From Promethearchaeota archaeon (GTDB lineage Archaea > Asgardarchaeota > Lokiarchaeia > Sigyniarchaeales > SOKP01): 64,000 bases of DNA. Each line of letters opens with the position of its first letter. Positions within the stretch are counted from its first letter, which is position 1. A program made the position numbers and the translations under genes. The stretch lies in NCBI GenBank assembly GCA_029838195.1, contig JALGVJ010000003.1, forward strand, positions 64,001 through 128,000, given 5' to 3'. This document shows, piece by piece, positions 19,243 to 29,533 of this stretch. The notes under the pieces are model-generated. The model made no database searches and had not been told where the DNA came from. It saw nothing but the letters and a program-made list of their open reading frames with translations.

Positions 19243-19426
19243 TTTTTTTCGTTTTTCTTACTAATTTTTCCTGAACTTCCCAAAGTAAAGGAAGGTTCCC
19301 TTATGAAGGTATTTTTAATCTTTAGAGCTCATTTATTCAAATGATTGGGAAAAGAGCGTAAAATTCAGGCGCAAATAACATGTAAATCTGATAAAGAGAA
19401 AAAAATAATAAGAATAGGCCTGCCCA

Positions 19427-20275
19427 TTAGAGAAAGCCAAGGAAATTTGACACTCTCGATTTTTTAGGAATTTCTTTTTCAAAATAATTTTCAATTATAT
19501 CGAGTAAAAATTCTAAAAAGGAGACCGAAATCTTTTCTTTGAAAGTTGCGTTCAAGTAATCGATCATCTTCTTCGAATTGAGAGTATCTTTATTCTTGGT
19601 GTTGTCAATGAAATCGATCAAGCTTTTAGTAAGTTCATGGATTTTCTTGATTTCATTTTTAAGGATGATGAGACACGTGTCCGGATCGGTTTCTTCATAG
19701 AATTTTTGAACCATTCGACGTTCCATGCTCCATTTATTTGTATCAATTAACTCTCCCTTATCATTAAAAACATCCTTTCCTTTCAAGATATATCTTCCCT
19801 TGAATTCATCTTTTTTTTGCCGATAGTCGTTCTCGCTAACATAGGTAAAATTGAATTCGAAATTATCTTCCGTTATAAACTCATGAAACGCTTGGAGATG
19901 TTTTTTAATGAATAAGTCCTCTAAAACAATCACTAGATTTTTTTTCATGAAGATCATGCGGATCAAAGGTAAAAGGAAGGAAGGAGTCATGTTCATTTTA
20001 ATGAGATCCACGTCCAACTGATCTTTCGGTGGAATTTTGCGCTTGACCTCTTCAGCAATAGGCTCGATTGAAGGAAGTTCAATTTGAAAGTCAGCAATAA
20101 AATAATCCCGTACCTGCATGTTTTTATCAATATAAGCAACGAATGAATGCTCGCACACGATCCCTTTAGCTATATTAACAGCGAGCAAACCCCGGGATAC
20201 GTTTTTAAGACTTTCTTCCGATACGTCAATTTTCCCTTGCTTTGAACAAGAAGGACAACGAATTTGTACGCGCAT
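19427..20275 (-). CDS. hypothetical protein with N-terminal zinc ribbon
   Basis: 282-aa ORF with CPSC...CEH motif. Confidence 0.75.
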   Translation of the reverse strand: MRVQIRCPSCSKQGKIDVSEESLKNVSRGLLAVNIAKGIVCEHSFVAYIDKNMQVRDYFIADFQIELPSIEPIAEEVKRKIPPKDQLDVDLIKMNMTPSFLLPLIRMIFMKKNLVIVLEDLFIKKHLQAFHEFITEDNFEFNFTYVSENDYRQKKDEFKGRYILKGKDVFNDKGELIDTNKWSMERRMVQKFYEETDPDTCLIILKNEIKKIHELTKSLIDFIDNTKNKDTLNSKKMIDYLNATFKEKISVSFLEFLLDIIENYFEKEIPKKSRVSNFLGFL

Positions 20276-20436
20276 TTTTAATAATCTCTACTAACTATTC
20301 TCAATTGTTATGCAATATAATTAAATAATTAAAAATCATTTTAATATTTAAATCTACACGATTTAATGAAATCTTTTTGGTTCAAATATAAACATGCTCA
20401 AATACCTTACCATCTCGTAGGAAAAGTTTCTCTGCC

Positions 20437-20925
20437 TCACACTCTTTTCACCTTGGCATATGATTTTTCCAATAAATTCGCAAGAAGCAAGCATGTAATA
20501 GCCGAAAGATTCTCTGCAATCACGAATGAAAAGACATTATCTAAAAAAAGAATACAAATGGCATGCGTTATGAAAAAAGTAGGCAAGAATATAGAAAGAA
20601 GTACCAACAAGGGACGGGTAATGGGATAAAATAAAAGTTTCATGGCAAAAGTCCCGGATCTCCTCTCCGTGCGGTATCGGTCTTTTAATTTCTTTCTTCT
20701 TTCCACCTGTGCAAAACTTTCAAAAATAATCAAGGAAGAATAAAAGAGAGCGACGGATACTCCAATCGGTACTAAAATAACCACGAGATAATTCCCTATG
20801 CTCAAAAAATATTGGGCAATGAAGATAATGAATACTTGAATGAGTCCACAGAGCCCCAATAACATCAATGCAATTCCCAAGTATTCTCTTGACTCCTTGG
20901 ATGTCCAAGGTATTCGGATGGGCAT
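20437..20925 (-). CDS. hypothetical 4-TM membrane protein
   Basis: Two hydrophobic hairpins separated by a basic loop. Confidence 0.75.
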   Translation of the reverse strand: MPIRIPWTSKESREYLGIALMLLGLCGLIQVFIIFIAQYFLSIGNYLVVILVPIGVSVALFYSSLIIFESFAQVERRKKLKDRYRTERRSGTFAMKLLFYPITRPLLVLLSIFLPTFFITHAICILFLDNVFSFVIAENLSAITCLLLANLLEKSYAKVKRV

Positions 20926-20960
20926 GATTACTTGTTCGAATTTTTTTTAATTTTGAGAAA

Positions 20961-21076
20961 TGGGCCGAGGGAGATTCGAACTCCCGACCTTCCGCATTTT
21001 GAGCCGCCTCAACGGATTAGAGCCAAGATCTTCCGACACGTCAAGCGGACGTCATACCAAACTAGACCATCGGCCC
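20961..21076 (-). tRNA. tRNA-Val(GAC) with a 42-nt canonical intron (20997-21038, position 37/38)
   Basis: Reverse complement reads GGGCCGATGGTCTAGTTTGGTATGACGTCCGCTTGACG[intron]TGCGGAAGGTCGGGAGTTCGAATCTCCCTCGGCCCA; the BHB central helix is TTGA/TCAA. Confidence 0.93.
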
Positions 21077-21230
21077 TTTTAAAATCCAATGAAATTCTTA
21101 GGGCGCTAGTATGTAATGAATATCTTGAAAAGATAAATATTTTATGATTAAAAAATCATTCAACTCTTAACTTAAGAGGTCATTACATTAATTTAAAGAA
21201 AAAAATAAAATTATTTAATGGTAGATTGAT

Positions 21231-22460
21231 TTAGGGTCGTTTTTCTCTTAATGCTTTTACGAGCGGCACTTCATTTCCCGAGAGGATTTCTAGCATTGCA
21301 CCTCCTCCCGTAGAGATGAAAGAAACTTTATCGGCATCGCCTGACATTTCTGCAGCGGTACCCATTTCGCCACCTCCTATTACCGTGAGAGCTCCTTTTT
21401 CTTGAGTGGCCCTTGCCATGACTTTTGCCATTTTAAACGTGCCTTCTCTGAACACCTCTTTTTCAAAGATGCCGGGGGGGCCATTAGCGATAATGGTTTT
21501 GGAATTCATGATGTATTCTTCGAAAGTTTTTATAGTTTCAGGGCCGATATCGCCGGTAACAGCGTTATATTTTTCGAGCTCATCAAGTCCAATTACTTTT
21601 CTATTTCCATTTTCTTCAATGACTAAATCTTTGGGTAATATGATTTTATCCTTGAATTTTTCGTAGGTGGCTTTAATATCGTCGCGAGCTTTTTCCAAAT
21701 CTTTAGCAATTGATTTTCTATTGGGTTCTCCTGTTTTGATTCCAATGGCTTCCATGATTAAAATGGCCGTGAGGCCAGAGCATAAGGCGTGGTCTAATTT
21801 TCCGTTTTCGAAATTATATTTCATGGCCTTATACTTGTCGATGGCTTTTGCTCCTCCAATGAGCATGGTCATGGGACGTTCAGGATTTTCTAAAATTTTG
21901 GACATGACTTCAAATTCTTTTATTATGGTGGGTCCAGCCAGCATTTTTGGCCATCCAATAATGGAAGGTTGCGCTCGATGGGCGGCACCAAAAGCATCCG
22001 CAATGATATAATCAAAAAGAGGGGCTAATGTTTGTATCATTTCCGTTTTTTCTGCTTCTGAGAAATCTTTAAATGATTTATTTTCCGTTTCCCATTTACG
22101 GACGTTATCGAGAACTAATACTTCTCCCACTTTTAATTCTTTAATGGCATTAACGGCTTTTTCTCCGAAAATATCATCCACGTATTTGACGGGGCGATCA
22201 AGTAATTTTCTTATTTCTTCGGCGTGGAGTTCGAATGAGGTAAAATCTTTTTTGCCTGGTCTTGATTGATGTCCCATGACAACGACCGCGCAATCTTTTA
22301 GTTCATTTAAAGCGGGAATTAAGGCATGAATGCGGGGAGATTCTCTTATCCTATTATTCTCGACATCGATATTTGAATTTATATCGGGACGAATCAATAC
22401 TTTTTTTCCTTTTAAATCGACATCTTTATAAGACGTATATTCAAACATGATTTTCCTCAC
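21231..22460 (-). CDS. pgk: phosphoglycerate kinase
   Basis: RPDINS, HQSRPG, DNVR, DAFGAAHRAQPS, GGAK, NGPPGIFE and ISTGGGA. Confidence 0.96.
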   Translation of the reverse strand: MRKIMFEYTSYKDVDLKGKKVLIRPDINSNIDVENNRIRESPRIHALIPALNELKDCAVVVMGHQSRPGKKDFTSFELHAEEIRKLLDRPVKYVDDIFGEKAVNAIKELKVGEVLVLDNVRKWETENKSFKDFSEAEKTEMIQTLAPLFDYIIADAFGAAHRAQPSIIGWPKMLAGPTIIKEFEVMSKILENPERPMTMLIGGAKAIDKYKAMKYNFENGKLDHALCSGLTAILIMEAIGIKTGEPNRKSIAKDLEKARDDIKATYEKFKDKIILPKDLVIEENGNRKVIGLDELEKYNAVTGDIGPETIKTFEEYIMNSKTIIANGPPGIFEKEVFREGTFKMAKVMARATQEKGALTVIGGGEMGTAAEMSGDADKVSFISTGGGAMLEILSGNEVPLVKALREKRP

Positions 22461-22703
22461 GTTAATTTATGATTATTGATTCTAATTTAATTAGATTCAA
22501 ATTAAAAGAATTTAGACTTCTTATTATTTTTTTTTAAAAGTGATTTTTTCATGGGATTGCTGTCCCTTTTGCATTTCTCTCGCTTTAATCTCTTGAATTG
22601 GGTAAATTCTTAAAATAATGGTGAATTCCTTGTTATATTACAAAAAGAATTAATAAAGATTATAATTTTAAATTCATGAAACCATGGAGCGGTTATTTTA
22701 AAA

Positions 22704-25349
22704 ATGAAAACCATGATCATATCCAATCTTACTCATGTCGAACAATCTCTCGGTCATGAGTTAGTATTACTTCCTAGGCCAAAAAGAATGGAGTATTCAA
22801 GAGATAATAAAAACAATTTTCTCCTCACGGCGAATTCTTTCTTTCATGATCTTAATTTGGAGAATCCAGGACTCTTTTTAAACGAATTAAATGATTTTTT
22901 AATGGAAATGAAAGAATTTAAGATAAATGCAGCTAAATTACCGGAGGAACTAAATACTCGTATTGAGGGAATAAAAGAGTCTGAATTTTTAGATCCCCAC
23001 GATGAAGAGTGCTATAATCTTGAAGTAAAAAACCACCTGGTACTAATTGAGGGAACCTCCGAAAAAGCGGTATTTCATGGACTTCAAACATTCATTCAAA
23101 TATTAAAAAATTCAATCATCCAAACCCACGGTAAAGATGAATTCAGAAGTAATTTCAAGAGAAATGAGATCATCATTCCCCAAATTTCAATTAAAGATGT
23201 TCCGGACCTTAAAATACGAGGAATAGCACAAGATATTGCCCGAGGACAAGTTTTCACCTTAGAAAATGCCAAGAGATATTTGAAAATTATGAGTCATTAT
23301 AAAATGAATTTCTATTGTCTCTACATGGAAGATATGTTCACTCATCAAAAACATCCTGAAATTGGAAAAAATCGAGGCGCCTTGACTCATGAAGAAATTA
23401 AAGAGCTGGATGCTTTTGCCAAGGAACGATTCATTGAACTCGTCCCCATTTTCGAATGTTTAGGACACGTGGACAATATTTTACAACACGAGACTTATCA
23501 AGATTTAGGAGAATTTCCAGGTGCCCATTCCTTTGATATTTCCAATCCTCGCGTGTTAGATTTTGTAGAGGATTATATCTCTGAAATGAGCAAATGTTTT
23601 TCCACAAAATATTTTCATATGGGCTGTGATGAGAGCTTTGATGTGGGAAAATATCGTTCAAAAGATTTAATAGAAAAAATAGGGAAGAACAAGGCTTTAA
23701 TAGAGTATTATGAAAAGCTACATGCCATTGCGAAAAAGCATGGAAACGAATACGTTATCATGTATGATGATTTTGTTCGAAAAAATGAAGAAATCTTACA
23801 AGGATTAAGAAAAGACATTATCCTCATGTATTGGGATTATTCTCCCAAAAAGAGTTTCCCTGATTTAAAAAAATTATTAGATGCGGGCTATAAAGTTATT
23901 GTAAGTCCTTCCATGTTAAATTGGCAACGACATTTTCCCGACAATAAAAATGCAAGTAAAAATATCATTAATTTCATTAAAAATGCTTTTCGATATCGCA
24001 ACGAAGGGTGTTTAGGTGTTATAAATTCTACTTGGGGGGATATGCGATATTATTCTTTAAGAGAAAATGAAATTTTTGGAGGCATTTTATCAAATTCTAT
24101 AGCGTGGAACGTGAACGAGTTTAATTATGATCAATTTATCAAGGATCATGGGTTTCTTTTCCATGGCTTTTTGAAGGAGGATATAGAATTATACCATGAG
24201 ATGTTCAAGAAACTAAGCAATAGCGTTCATCTATATTATAGACTTTCCATTTCGTTTCCCCCTCTTTTTTTTACTTATTTTTTCAAGCATCCATTTCCAG
24301 TAAAAAAAATTGCGCCCTTATTCGAGAATTATAAAAAGCTCGGGCAAGTAGCAAGAGAATGTTTGGAAATACAAAAAAAACTTCAACCACGACTCTTATT
24401 AGAAAAAAATCATTTTGAATACCTTCAATTTAGTGCTAGATTAGCGCTTTTTTTAGAAAAGAAGATAGATCTTTCGGTAAAAACTTCCGAACTGTTGAAT
24501 GAATTATATATTCAAGAAGAAGAACTCGATATTTTAATTTTCAATTTAAATAAAATAAAAGAAGAACTCATTCAAATAAGGCACGATTATGAGAGGTTAT
24601 GGCTGAGAGCAGCTAAACGTCCATGCTTGGATAATATCCTAGATCTATTTGATTTTCTAATTAGGACATATGAGGAAAAAGTCACGCAAATCAAGAACGG
24701 CATCTATTTTGTAAATCCATACTTGGAATCAGAATGGATTTGGACAACGGAAAAACAGCACCCCTTGCATCCTCGGTATTTCCGGAAAAAATTCTCTACG
24801 GATAAACCAATTAAAAAAGCCATGATTCAATGCATCGCTCATAATTATATGAAAGTTCACGTGAATGGACATTTTATAGGGCAAGTTTTATCAAGATATT
24901 CGATGTCTATTTTGCCTATAATAAATCGCGTTAAAGTTTTTGATATAACCCCATATCTTAAAAAGGGTGAGAACATTCTTTCCGTAGAAGCGTATAATTT
25001 TGATGGATACAAAGGCGCAATAAACGTGTTTGGCCAAATTCAATTTGAAGATAATGAAGTCATGGAAATCCATTCTGATCCTTCTTGGAAATGTCATACT
25101 GGGATTGTTTTAAAGGAAAAAGACTGGACTACTTTAAAATTTAATGATGAGCAATGGAAATCCTCCTTCTCTCATGGCCCTCCTCCTAATTTAAATGGCG
25201 ATATTTTCAAACCAAATCTATTAAAAGGAGAAAAATCTTTCACTCAAGATTATTTTGGAATTGAAAGCTACCTTTCGAATTTTACAGGAGAAACGGATGA
25301 GAGAAAATTAGAAGAAATGATAAAACAATTCAATCCTTATGGAAATTGA
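22704..25349 (+). CDS. GH20-like beta-N-acetylhexosaminidase with C-terminal beta-sandwich domain
   Basis: DVPDLKIRG..DIARG, LGH, FHMGCDE (catalytic DE), YWDY and TWGD. The C-terminal WIW...YFRKKF...DITPYLKKGEN resembles the rhamnosidase N-terminal domain. Confidence 0.85.
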   Translation: MKTMIISNLTHVEQSLGHELVLLPRPKRMEYSRDNKNNFLLTANSFFHDLNLENPGLFLNELNDFLMEMKEFKINAAKLPEELNTRIEGIKESEFLDPHDEECYNLEVKNHLVLIEGTSEKAVFHGLQTFIQILKNSIIQTHGKDEFRSNFKRNEIIIPQISIKDVPDLKIRGIAQDIARGQVFTLENAKRYLKIMSHYKMNFYCLYMEDMFTHQKHPEIGKNRGALTHEEIKELDAFAKERFIELVPIFECLGHVDNILQHETYQDLGEFPGAHSFDISNPRVLDFVEDYISEMSKCFSTKYFHMGCDESFDVGKYRSKDLIEKIGKNKALIEYYEKLHAIAKKHGNEYVIMYDDFVRKNEEILQGLRKDIILMYWDYSPKKSFPDLKKLLDAGYKVIVSPSMLNWQRHFPDNKNASKNIINFIKNAFRYRNEGCLGVINSTWGDMRYYSLRENEIFGGILSNSIAWNVNEFNYDQFIKDHGFLFHGFLKEDIELYHEMFKKLSNSVHLYYRLSISFPPLFFTYFFKHPFPVKKIAPLFENYKKLGQVARECLEIQKKLQPRLLLEKNHFEYLQFSARLALFLEKKIDLSVKTSELLNELYIQEEELDILIFNLNKIKEELIQIRHDYERLWLRAAKRPCLDNILDLFDFLIRTYEEKVTQIKNGIYFVNPYLESEWIWTTEKQHPLHPRYFRKKFSTDKPIKKAMIQCIAHNYMKVHVNGHFIGQVLSRYSMSILPIINRVKVFDITPYLKKGENILSVEAYNFDGYKGAINVFGQIQFEDNEVMEIHSDPSWKCHTGIVLKEKDWTTLKFNDEQWKSSFSHGPPPNLNGDIFKPNLLKGEKSFTQDYFGIESYLSNFTGETDERKLEEMIKQFNPYGN

Positions 25350-25352
25350 TCG

Positions 25353-26135
25353 ATGATGAATGGTATAAAAGAAACTTTAGAATTATTGAAAAACCAAAAA
25401 ATTTCGGTTGAAGAGGCTGAAAAATTATTAAAAGCGAATTTCATCGAAGAAGTGGGCGATCTTGCTAAATTGGATGTTAATCGGCACGTGAGAACGGGTA
25501 TTCCCGAAGTTATATATGCTAAGAATAAAGAAAAGAACATTTTAATAAATATCGTAAAATCTTTCCTCGAAAAAAAACAATTTGCCGTGATTTCCCGTTA
25601 TAATGAAGAACAAAAACAATATCTCATGGAAACCTTTTCCGGAAAAACTGATTTGGAAATGGAAATCAATGATCTTGCCAAGACCATGGTTATTAAAACT
25701 AAAACTTTTTCATTTCCGGAAAAAAAGGGGATAATTGGAATCATTACGGCGGGAAGTTCAGATATCCCGGTTGCAGAAGAGGCAAAAACCATCGCTAAAA
25801 TCATGGGTTGCAGGGTATTAACCAGCTATGATATCGGAATAGCCGGAATCCATCGTTTATTTAAACCTTTAAGCACTATGATTAAAAAAGGAGTCCATGT
25901 CATTATCGTGTGTGCTGGAATGGAGGGTACCTTGCCAGGCGTGGTTTCTGCATTGGTTGATGTTCCCGTCATTGGAGTACCCATATCCAGTGGCTATGGG
26001 ATTGGCGCTGATGGGAAAGGAGCATTAATCACGATGCTACAATCTTGCTCGCCCGGACTCTTGGTTGTAAATATCGATAATGGATTCGGAGCGGGAGCTT
26101 CAGCAGCTTTAATCGCAAATAAAATAGGAAAATAG
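25353..26135 (+). CDS. larB: nickel-pincer cofactor biosynthesis protein LarB
   Basis: RTGIPEVIY, AGSSDIPVAEEA, DIGIAGIHRL, AGMEGTLP and SCSPGLLVVNIDNGFGA. Confidence 0.93.
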   Translation: MMNGIKETLELLKNQKISVEEAEKLLKANFIEEVGDLAKLDVNRHVRTGIPEVIYAKNKEKNILINIVKSFLEKKQFAVISRYNEEQKQYLMETFSGKTDLEMEINDLAKTMVIKTKTFSFPEKKGIIGIITAGSSDIPVAEEAKTIAKIMGCRVLTSYDIGIAGIHRLFKPLSTMIKKGVHVIIVCAGMEGTLPGVVSALVDVPVIGVPISSGYGIGADGKGALITMLQSCSPGLLVVNIDNGFGAGASAALIANKIGK

Positions 26136-26152
26136 GAAAATAGGAAAATAGG
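26121..26152. repeat. 8-bp tandem repeat (AAAATAGG)x4 spanning the larB stop codon
   Basis: Read directly from the sequence. Confidence 0.85.
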
Positions 26153-26452
26153 AAAAATAATCGTATTTTTTCCTCGGAATGGAGGAGAGAGTTTCTCCCT
26201 TTATATTGAATTCTTAATTAACTTCCTGCATGTTTTTAAAGAAAAATTTTACATTTTCAAAACATTCAAAATTTTTTCCTTCTTCATTTGATTTTTTTTT
26301 TCGTGTTATCGGTGGTAATTTTTTTTAAAATGCATAATTTTAAATATAACTTGTTTTTTCTTAAAGTAGAATGCATGATCGAGTAAATTCTTAAAAACAT
26401 TTTAATACTTTATTTAAAATCTTATAGTTAATAGAAGAGGGGAGACCAACTA

Positions 26453-27505
26453 ATGAAAATTCTTGATGAAAAAGATCTACGTAGTGATGTTTATTTTGAC
26501 TTGCTAAAAATTATCAATCAAAAAGTAATAATCACTCGAAAAGATATCATGAAAAAGTTATCTCATTATCCTCCCGTTGAATTGAAAAATAGATTAAAAG
26601 AACTTGAGAAAGAAGAAATAATTAAGAAAGAAAGATTATTTGAAAATTCCTTGTATTCTCTAACGCTAAAAGGAAAAGAGATATGGAATCAATATCAACA
26701 AAAAGACACAAATACTAATAAGTATATTCAATATAGGGAGGATATTCATGGCAACCCAGGAATCATTGAGGAATCGCATCAAATCCGGCACGCTCAACCA
26801 GAAGATCTCACGGATAACACTAAGATTCCTTCCTTTATTGGATGTTTCGTTGCAGATAAAGCGGGGAAATCTTTATTGGTGTTTGAAATATATGATGGTG
26901 CAATTGAAGATTTTTTAAAAATCCAAAACCTGGGAAAATTTGACAAGGATTTAATTCCCATGATGGTAAGTGCATTAGAACATTTTTCACGGGAAATCAA
27001 TATTGAAAATTTAACAAGCTTAACTTTAGATGGGGCTAATATTAAATTACAGACCTATAAATATGAAAAATTAACTGTAACATTCTTAATGAATCATAGA
27101 ATAAACATTCAAGCTATGAAAAAAATCATGAATGAATATTTTAACACGCTCTTCTCATCCTATAAAAAAGAGTTAGAATACAGCATGGAAACGGGATTGA
27201 TTGATAATATCTATCATTTAAACGAATTAGGAAGAGAAATGCTAAAAGAAATGAATAAATTTGTTTATTTAGCAGAATTTAAAAATATCATTAATAACTT
27301 AAAATATTTTGATATGTCATATGCGAAAACGTTATATAATAAATTGGACCAACTCCAAAACAAATTAACGTTTAAGTTTACAAAAACAATTGAAAAACTC
27401 AAACAATTAAAAATATATCTTTTAAAATCCATGTTGGATGAAAATTTAGATGAATTAAAATTTATTATCAATATCGCCCAAGAAATTGAAGCTGAATTCA
27501 ATTAA
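26453..27505 (+). CDS. winged-HTH protein with central longin/roadblock-like domain
   Basis: N-terminal LKNRLKELEKEEII...YSLTLKG (HxlR/MarR-like wHTH). The central FVADKAGKSLL...LIPMMVSALEHFSREI follows a longin-like beta-beta-alpha pattern. Confidence 0.65.
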   Translation: MKILDEKDLRSDVYFDLLKIINQKVIITRKDIMKKLSHYPPVELKNRLKELEKEEIIKKERLFENSLYSLTLKGKEIWNQYQQKDTNTNKYIQYREDIHGNPGIIEESHQIRHAQPEDLTDNTKIPSFIGCFVADKAGKSLLVFEIYDGAIEDFLKIQNLGKFDKDLIPMMVSALEHFSREINIENLTSLTLDGANIKLQTYKYEKLTVTFLMNHRINIQAMKKIMNEYFNTLFSSYKKELEYSMETGLIDNIYHLNELGREMLKEMNKFVYLAEFKNIINNLKYFDMSYAKTLYNKLDQLQNKLTFKFTKTIEKLKQLKIYLLKSMLDENLDELKFIINIAQEIEAEFN

Positions 27506-27722
27506 TTATTAGCGATTGCCATTCACAGGAAAAATGTAGTTGATAAATTTCTTATATCTTTCTTTTACCGTGGATAGAAAAAAATCTGGTACAATTTGAT
27601 TTTAATTTTAAAAAATCCACTTTATTTTTGCTCAATTCTAAAGCTTTAATAGGAATTTATTAGATATTTACTTAATAATTATATTTCAAATATCTATATA
27701 TTCATAAAAGGTGTGAAATTAA

Positions 27723-28385
27723 ATGTTATTAATTACAGAAGCTTCAAGTCAAGCTCTCCAAGGCTTAAGAGACCTCTCCACTCTAGAATGGTATGTTATC
27801 CCCTTTCTTGCCATCGTGCTTTATATCTATAATGTTGAGGCTACAAAAGCTAAAAAATCAGGAAATTGGGATCCCATTTTTGCCGGCTTGACAATTTTCG
27901 GTATGGACTTTATTAATGAAACATGGAATGGAATCGTATTTGCTGCGACACAACATTCAGCGTTCTGGACTACTCCAGGTCCTACTGCTTTCAGGGTCAT
28001 GGTAGGCTGGAATATAGAAATCATCTTTTGGTTTCTCATTGCGGGTATCATTTACTATTACATGCTCCCTATTAATAAAGATGAGAAGATTCTTGGCTTA
28101 CCAAATCGATGGTTTATGGCCATTCTCTTTGCGGCTTTATGCGTGGTCGTTGAATGCATATTAAATATCGCAGGAATTTTAGTGTGGGAATATCCTTGGT
28201 GGAATTTGAGCATATCTGGGGTATGGCTCATTTTTTTAATAGGATACTTTATCTTTACCGCAGTAGCAAATATTGTAATGAGTTTAGAAACCATTCGTAA
28301 AAAATTGACGGCAGTTGGATTAATCTATTCCGTTGCCATAATCCTGAATATCATTTTTGGGGGAATTTTAGGCTGGGTATATTAA
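27723..28385 (+). CDS. conserved hypothetical multi-pass membrane protein
   Basis: About 6 TM segments; MDFINETWNG, FWTTPG and GWNIEI motifs; AGGTG SD. Confidence 0.8.
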   Translation: MLLITEASSQALQGLRDLSTLEWYVIPFLAIVLYIYNVEATKAKKSGNWDPIFAGLTIFGMDFINETWNGIVFAATQHSAFWTTPGPTAFRVMVGWNIEIIFWFLIAGIIYYYMLPINKDEKILGLPNRWFMAILFAALCVVVECILNIAGILVWEYPWWNLSISGVWLIFLIGYFIFTAVANIVMSLETIRKKLTAVGLIYSVAIILNIIFGGILGWVY

Positions 28386-28758
28386 AAATTTTCCAAGGAG
28401 CCCTTGAAAAATCAAGCGATCATAATTAATCTTAATTTAATTTTTTTTTAAATAGTCTTGGTTCTAATTATATAGTAAAAATCGGTTCCATGAAGAACGT
28501 GAATTAATTTTCGAAATAATAAAAGTTTAAAATTATCATGCATTATATGAACAAAATCATGGTATCCCCTGAAATACTAATAATAAGTTTTTTTTTAAAA
28601 GAAATTTTATAAACAATTTTTAGTTTGTTAAATTTGATTAAATATATTTTTAATTAAATAAGCAAAATTTTATAAATAAGAGAGATCATATTTAGATTAG
28701 ATCCCGAAAACTTTTTTACTAATTTTTTGAATGAAATAAAAAGAAAGAGGTCACATAA

Positions 28759-29298
28759 TTGGTCGCAATTATGAAAAACGATCTTTTTGAGCAATCAAAA
28801 TCCTTTTTCAAGGATAAAAAAATTTCAGATGCACTTGATGCATTTGAAAAAGCGATAAGTGCAGTTAATCGGTCTAATGAAAACGACAAAACTAAATATA
28901 TTGAATACTTGAACAAACTTCTACGCTACTGCCAGGAAAATGGATTATACGAGCAAGAAGCACTCGTATTGAGGAATTTAGGACGCATCCATTCCATTTT
29001 TAAGAATTATGCGGAAAGCATGAAATATCATTATAAGGCATTAAAGATTCAGCACAAATATGGGAAAAAACTAGATGTAGCGGAGGGTCTGGTGTTTTTA
29101 GCTGAAGATTTAGAAATCTCCGGAAACTATAGCGAATGTATACGGGCGTATACTGATGCAGAGAAGCTTTTTAAGGAAATAGGTAAATTGAGGAAAGCTA
29201 AAGAAATTGCTAAAGAAATCAAGCGTTTAAAATCGTTCTCCAAGGAAATCATCGAAGATGAGTATTATTTGAGTAAATTTAATATTAAGGATTTCTAA
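28759..29298 (+). CDS. TPR-repeat protein
   Basis: EALVLRNLGRIH...ALKI type TPR repeats; the start may be ATG 28771. Confidence 0.78.
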   Translation: MVAIMKNDLFEQSKSFFKDKKISDALDAFEKAISAVNRSNENDKTKYIEYLNKLLRYCQENGLYEQEALVLRNLGRIHSIFKNYAESMKYHYKALKIQHKYGKKLDVAEGLVFLAEDLEISGNYSECIRAYTDAEKLFKEIGKLRKAKEIAKEIKRLKSFSKEIIEDEYYLSKFNIKDF

Positions 29299-29533
29299 AT
29301 TACCTTACTTCTTTTCCATTTTACTCATCTCATTTCCTTGCTTTTATTTTAAAATTTTCTTAATTAATAATTTTTTAATGTTATCCAATTATTTACCTCA
29401 TTTAATGGGGTAGGGAAGTATTTCATTTATATATCATTTTAAATGATTTTTTAAGGGAATAATTAAAACTTAGCATGGTGGTATAATAAAAATAAAAGAA
29501 ATTTCTTAAAAAATGAGTTTTTTTATTCCCCGT

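Noticed and set aside
26121-26152. 8-bp repeat as a phase-variation switch for larB
   Set aside because: The stop codon falls in the second unit, so gaining units or dropping to two would not change the protein.
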